In this document: positions 58,881-64,000 of the stretch, piece after piece
Layout: every line of letters starts with the position of its first letter
How positions within the stretch are numbered: the stretch's first letter is position 1
Assembly (NCBI GenBank): GCA_951406725.2
Contig: OX597831.1
Span: 43,524,001-43,588,000, forward strand
Length of the DNA stretch: 64,000 bases
DNA from: Octopus vulgaris
Lineage: Eukaryota
Direction of reading: 5' to 3'
The notes under the pieces: generated by a model
Seen by the model: only the letters and a program-made list of their open reading frames with translations
What the model was told of the DNA's origin: nothing
Database searches by the model: none
Position numbers and translations under genes: made by a program

Positions 58881-59289
58881 TGTCATCATTCAGTTTATTT
58901 CAAGATTTCTTGCCAATAGAGAAAGAACTGGTTTCTAACCCAGATCCAAGGTTCCTTCATTGGAGTTTCAACATCAACAACAGGGTATGTATGTGCAGAT
59001 TTGTATGTTTTATGTATGTATTCTCATGCATATAGCTGCATATCTAGATGTATGTATGCATGCATGTATGTATGTATGTATCTGTCTGTCTGTAAATATG
59101 TATGTATGTATGCATGCATGCATAAGTACAGACATGGCTGTGTGGTAAGAAATCTGCTTCCCCTTGACATGGCTTCATATGTTCAGTCCCTCTGTGTGGT
59201 GCCTAGGGCAGGTGTCTTCTACTACAAACCCAGGCTGACACATTGCCTTGTGAGTGATTTGGAAGATGGAAGCAGAAAGAAGCCCATTG

Positions 59290-59346
<57 letters not shown>

Positions 59347-59654
59347 AATGGTTTACAAAGAAGAATATGCTAGTTTTGTTGTAAGGCAATGAAGGAAAGG
59401 AAAGGTCTGTCAATTTAGGTGTGGCCCCTCATTGGAGAGACAAAAAAATTAATACCATTGGTAATCAATACATTGCTCTTCTGGTGAAGAACTCTACCAG
59501 AATCATCAGATTCTTTCTCCTCCTCTGCCTCTCTATCCATGCAGTAAACCAAACTGATTCTACTTTGCAAACTTTCCATACATCCTACTTGTTAATGCTG
59601 ATAATCACTAAGTTCCTTGGATTGAACTGTTTATTATATTACATTATATAATGT

Positions 59655-60090
59655 GGTCGATGCCAGCCCTCTCTGGCCTTTGTGCCTGTGGCACGTAAAA
59701 AGCACCCACTACACTCTTGGAGTGGTTGGTGTTAGGAAGGGCATCCAGCTGTAGAAACACTGCCAGATCAGACTGGAGCCTGGTGCAGCCTCCTGCTTCC
59801 CAGACCCCCAGTCGAACCGTCCAACCCATGCCAGCATGGAAAACAGACGTTAAACAATGATGATGATGATGAATAAGGGGGCAAGCTGGCAGGATTGTTA
59901 GCACAGTGGGCAAAATGATTGGTGGTATTTCGTTCATCTTTACGTCCCCGGTTCAAATTCTGCTGAGGTCAACTTTGCCTTTCATCCTTTCAGTCTTGAT
60001 AAAATAAGTACCAGTTGAGCACTGAGGTCAATGTAATGGACCCAGTCCCTTCCTTGCACTTACTAGCCTTGTGCCAAAATTAGAAATCAA
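59655..60090 (+). mobile_element. RTE-tail element followed by a family B SINE
   Basis: ggaagggcatccagctgtagaaac...ccaacccatgccagcatgg..(GAT)n, then gcaagctggcaggattgttagc. Confidence 0.85.
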
Positions 60091-60099
60091 TATTACAAC

Positions 60100-60180
60100 A
60101 GAGTAAAGAATATTTGCCAACATAAAGTGGCAGTCTTGATTAGGGTTTGCCACATTATGTTGGCAAATAATCTTTACTCT
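60100..60180. repeat. 81-nt near-perfect hairpin
   Basis: agagtaaaga-a-tatttgccaacataa-a-gtggca / tgccac-a-ttatgttggcaaata-a-tctttactct. Confidence 0.85.
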
Positions 60181-61074
60181 AGAGTAACTGTTTCTGAATA
60201 TTTCTCATTCAGAGATTTAGAAATAATAATTTTCTACCAATATTACAATATACACATTAAGGTGGCCAGATACCAGAATCATTAGAACCATTGGCATCCC
60301 AGACAAAATGCTCAGCAGCATTTCTTCTCGTTCTTTACATTCTGAATTAAAATTCCACCAATGGTGGCTTTGCTTTTCATCCTTCTCAGGTCAATAACAC
60401 AAATGCCAAGCACTACAGTCACAGCAATCAACTATTCACTCATCTAAAATTTTATGCCATGTGTCTATATTACAGAGGATTATTGTATTTTAATGTGAAT
60501 AAAGAACCCTTTTTTGTCAAAAATTAGGTTAAAAAAAAAAAGGGAGTTTCTTATACATGGATAGTATTAAAATCCCTTTCAAAACCGTTTTTCCAAATTT
60601 TAAGTGCACAAAATTAGGGGGTTCCTTATACGTGTTAAAATACGGTATATAATATATATTTAAATAGATACTTGAATATACATAATGTAGATAAATGCAC
60701 TGTTATTTATACTGGTTCCAGAGGTTCTGAGTCATATTGCATTCTGCATAAACCTATCCAAATTAATAACTATCGTTATCATTGTCATTGTTTAACGTCT
60801 ACCTTCCATGATGGCATGAGCTGGACAGTTTGGCAGGTGCCAGTGAGGCAGGAGCCTGAACCAGGCTCCTGTGTCTGTTTGGCAGAGTTTTTATGGCTTG
60901 ATGCCCTTTCTAACACCAACCACCCAGCAGAGTGAACTATATGGCCAACTAATGTATTATATGAAAATCAGGAAAACTTATAAGCTACTGCTATATGTAT
61001 AGTGATTTAGATTCAAATTCTCTGGGTAACTGCGATAAAAGAATTTTTTTTCAAATGACGACAGGCACCTATGC

Positions 61075-61492
61075 CTACCTGCCTTTGCTTGCGAAGACCT
61101 GTTGGGGCAAGTGAAATCGGAATCGAAATTGAACCAATCCTATGACTGGCACCCGGCAGATGCCAGGACCCCTGGACTGGAGATACGTAAAAAGCACCAT
61201 CCGAATCGTGGCCGAAGCCAGTGCCGCCTCGACTGGCTTCCGTGCAGGTGGCACGTAAAATGCACCAATCCGACCGTGGCCGATGCCAGCCTCGCCTGGC
61301 ACCAGTGCAGGTGGCACGTAAAAAGCACCCACTACACTCACGGAGTGGTTGGCATTAGGAAGGGCATCCAGCTGTAGAAACATTGCCAGATAAGACCAGA
61401 GCCTGGTGCAGCCTTCTGGCTTCCCAGATCCCCGGTCGAACCGTCCAACCCATGCTAGCATGGAGAACGGACGTTAAACGATGATGATGATG
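61075..61492 (+). mobile_element. RTE-tail non-autonomous retroelement (longest copy in the window)
   Basis: Internal repeats gcaggtggcacgtaaaa.gcacc, and 3' end ccgtccaacccatgctagcatgg..gacgttaaac(GAT)n. Confidence 0.85.
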
Positions 61493-61785
61493 AGGAAGCA
61501 ATCCTCTGAAATCTGTAACAGGATTTTTGGTTATTTTACTACTTACTCAAAGAACAATAAGATGTTTATATATCATCTGTGATCTCCACTGCTAAAGCTT
61601 TCAGACAAACAACTGTAAACTTAAAGTGATAGCATGTTGTCAACTGAATGTGACAGTCCCATAAAAGGGAAGAATGCTACTTTTATTTAGCCCTAGGAAA
61701 CAATTTCCTGTTGGACTTGCCACATTTCCTGTGTCCTTATGTTTTCAAAGTGGAGACAACCACCTCCACCCAGCAAAGCCAGCAA

Positions 61786-61826
61786 CCAGAGACTAGTTTC
61801 AGAGTTATTGCTCATCATCAATCCAG
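61786..61826 (-). ncRNA. Minimal type I hammerhead ribozyme (tandem copy 1, C3U variant)
   Basis: cugga UUGAUGA ugagcaauaacucu GAAAC ua GUC^ucugg. Confidence 0.6.
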
Positions 61827-62058
61827 AGTAGCATGGCTTGCTAGTTGTCGATGCCTATCCATCTTTGAACACATATATTTCAAGTGAATAACAAGTGATA
61901 AACAACTGTAAACTTAAAGTGATAGCATGTTGTCAACTTAATGTGACAGTCCCATAAAAGGGAAGAATGCTACTGTTATTTAGCCCTAGGAAACATCATT
62001 TCCTGTGTCCTTATGTTTTCAAAGTGGAGACAAGCACCTCCACCCAGCAAAACCAGCA

Positions 62059-62099
62059 CCAGAGACTAGTTTCAGAGTTATTGCTCATCATCAGTCCGG
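62059..62099 (-). ncRNA. Minimal type I hammerhead ribozyme (tandem copy 2)
   Basis: ccgga CUGAUGA u gag caauaa cuc u GAAAC ua GUC^ucugg, with a 5-bp stem I and palindromic stem III ACUAGU. Confidence 0.75.
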
Positions 62100-62474
62100 A
62101 GTAGCATGGCTTGCTAGCTGTCGATGCCTATCCGCCTTTGAACACATATATATTTCAAGTGAAATGCATTCACTGATTTTTGAAAATAGAAATAACATAT
62201 TTCTAAACTAGTCTCTGGATGCTGGTTTTGCTGGGTGGAGGTGCTTGTCTCCACTTTGAAAACATAAGGACGCAGGAAATGTTTCAAGTCCAACAGGGCT
62301 AAATAACAGTAGCATAAGTGTTTCCTAGGGCTAAATAACAGTAGCATTCTTCCCTTTTATGGCACTGTCACATTAAATTGACAACATGCTATCACTTTAT
62401 CATGTTGCTACTGCATAAATCTCTCTGAGAGATTTAGAAATAAACTGTAAACTTATCTGCATTTATAGATATTG

Positions 62475-62811
62475 GTGAGCCCCTTCGGTCAGACACTGAC
62501 CATGGGTTTGCACCTAGAGAGTTACCCTCTGAGGCACAAGTCTGGGCAAGGTTGTTTTATGGAAGATCAGCAGTTGCCCATGCATACCGGCCTCCCCTCT
62601 CCACGTCACTGATGTTGTCCAAGGGAAAGGCAAGGGCCAATACAGCTTGGCACCTGTGACGTCGCAACTCATTTCTACAGCTGAGTGAACTGGAGCAACG
62701 TGAAATAAAGTGCCTTGCTCAAGAACACAACACGCAGCCCGGCCCGGGATTTGAGCTCACAACCTCACGATCGTAAGCACGATGCTCTAACTACTGAGCC
62801 ACGCGCCTTCA
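62475..62811 (-). mobile_element. tRNA-headed SINE with V-like central domain and RTE-like tail
   Basis: Head gaaggcgcgtggctcagtagttagagc...gagctcaaatccc, then cttgagcaaggcacttta..cactcagctgta. Confidence 0.8.
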
Positions 62812-63574
62812 CATTAGCTAATCTATTACATATTATGCTTTGTTATAATCCCTCCGTCATATTGCCATCTAAAACTCATGTGTCCCTAATATTACATAAC
62901 TTAGACACTCTCACATAACTACTGTGTTATATTAGAATAATAGTTTTGGCTGAGAGACAAACCTAAAAAAAAAAAGCCTTGATGTGGGCACTTAATCTGC
63001 TAGAAATAGCAGACCTGTTAAAAATATATTCCTTTAGTCATTCACTACTGTTTGCATTACGAATAATGTAGGCCAGAATACACTGAACATAAGCCAAAAT
63101 AACAACAACAATAACTACTAGACCATAGGCATAAGCTAAACTGACTACAACTACTCACCAACAACGACGATGACAACAGCAACAACAATGACAACAACAA
63201 CAACAACAATGACAACAACAACAACCAATATAGACAAACACCAACTATTTAAGTTTGGACCATCATTACTAAAGTATCTTAAGGATCATTAGGATCTGAT
63301 GATGTCCATCTCCCTGCTCAGAAAAGGAACTTTAAATGATTCACTTCAGGATACAATATGACCCTGAGTATATGTACATACACACACACATATCTATATC
63401 TATATCATCATCATCATCATTATCGTCGTCATCATCACCATCATTTGACATATACTTTCCATGCTGGCAAACCAGAGAACTGTACCAAACTTTACTGTCT
63501 AATTCTGCATGGTTTTCTGCAGTTGGGAAACCCTCCCTAACACTAACCACTTTACAGAGTGTACTGGGTGCTTT

Positions 63575-63860
63575 TTACATCGGTCTCTTTTGCTGAACCG
63601 CTAAGTTACGGGGATGTAAACACACCAGCATTGGTTGTCAAGCGATGTTGAGGGGGGGGGGAACAAACACAGACACACACACACACATATATACATATAT
63701 ATATGACGGGCTTCTTTCAGTTTCCGTCTACCAAATCCACTCACAAGGCTTTGGTCGGCCCGAGGCTATGGAGGAAGACACTTGCCCAAGGTGCCACGCA
63801 GTGGGACTGAACCCGGAACCATGTGGTTGGTAAGCAAGCTACTTACCACACAGCCACTCC
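63575..63860 (-). mobile_element. Family A SINE (near-consensus, tail truncated)
   Basis: ggagtggctgtgtggtaagtagcttgcttaccaaccacatggttccgggttcagtccc on the minus strand. Confidence 0.92.
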
Positions 63861-64000
63861 CGAAACTTTTGGTGGCAGTGAGTTAGTTGATGACATCCAC
63901 CCCCCAGTGTTGAACTGGTACTTATTTCATTGATCCCCGCCCCACAAAGGATGGAAAGTAAAGAAGACCTTGGCAGACTTTGAACTCAGAATTGAAAGCC

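Larger units (their letters stand above)
61607..62399. mobile_element. Penelope-like/retrozyme-like unit: two tandem ~270-290-bp copies plus an inverted partial copy
   Basis: Copy 1 61607-61888, copy 2 61900-62163, inverted copy 62205-62399. Each tandem copy carries a minus-strand hammerhead. Confidence 0.88.

Noticed and set aside
61060-61125. Possible HDV-like ribozyme at the 5' side of the RTE-tail element
   Set aside because: Only a P4-like stem (cttgc/gcaag) is visible. P1-P3 and the catalytic C could not be assigned.

Overview
AT-rich eukaryotic DNA, not prokaryotic. The SINE families, microsatellite load and RTE-type tails suggest an octopus or other coleoid cephalopod (inference). 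The window holds one spliced minus-strand gene with four coding exons (56811-56848, 47531-48118, 41085-41442, 34138-35430). All splice sites are GT-AG, all phases match, and the CDS is 2277 nt / 758 aa. The product is a C2H2 zinc-finger transcription factor with six N-terminal or central fingers and a C-terminal Ikaros/Hunchback-type dimerisation finger pair. Downstream of the stop is a ~26 kb transposon-poor stretch. It ends in a textbook poly(A) signal near 7.8 kb and has many sense-strand seed matches to conserved bilaterian miRNAs, so it is a candidate giant 3'UTR. Introns and flanks are full of tRNA-derived SINEs, RTE-type tails, MITEs, a deleted mariner and a small Helitron. They also contain several Penelope/retrozyme-type minimal hammerhead ribozyme motifs, including a tandem pair 273 nt apart and a U3-A8 variant inside a 161-bp inverted repeat. 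Almost all other ORFs in the track are microsatellite or repeat artefacts. Everything was read by eye and no database searches were run.
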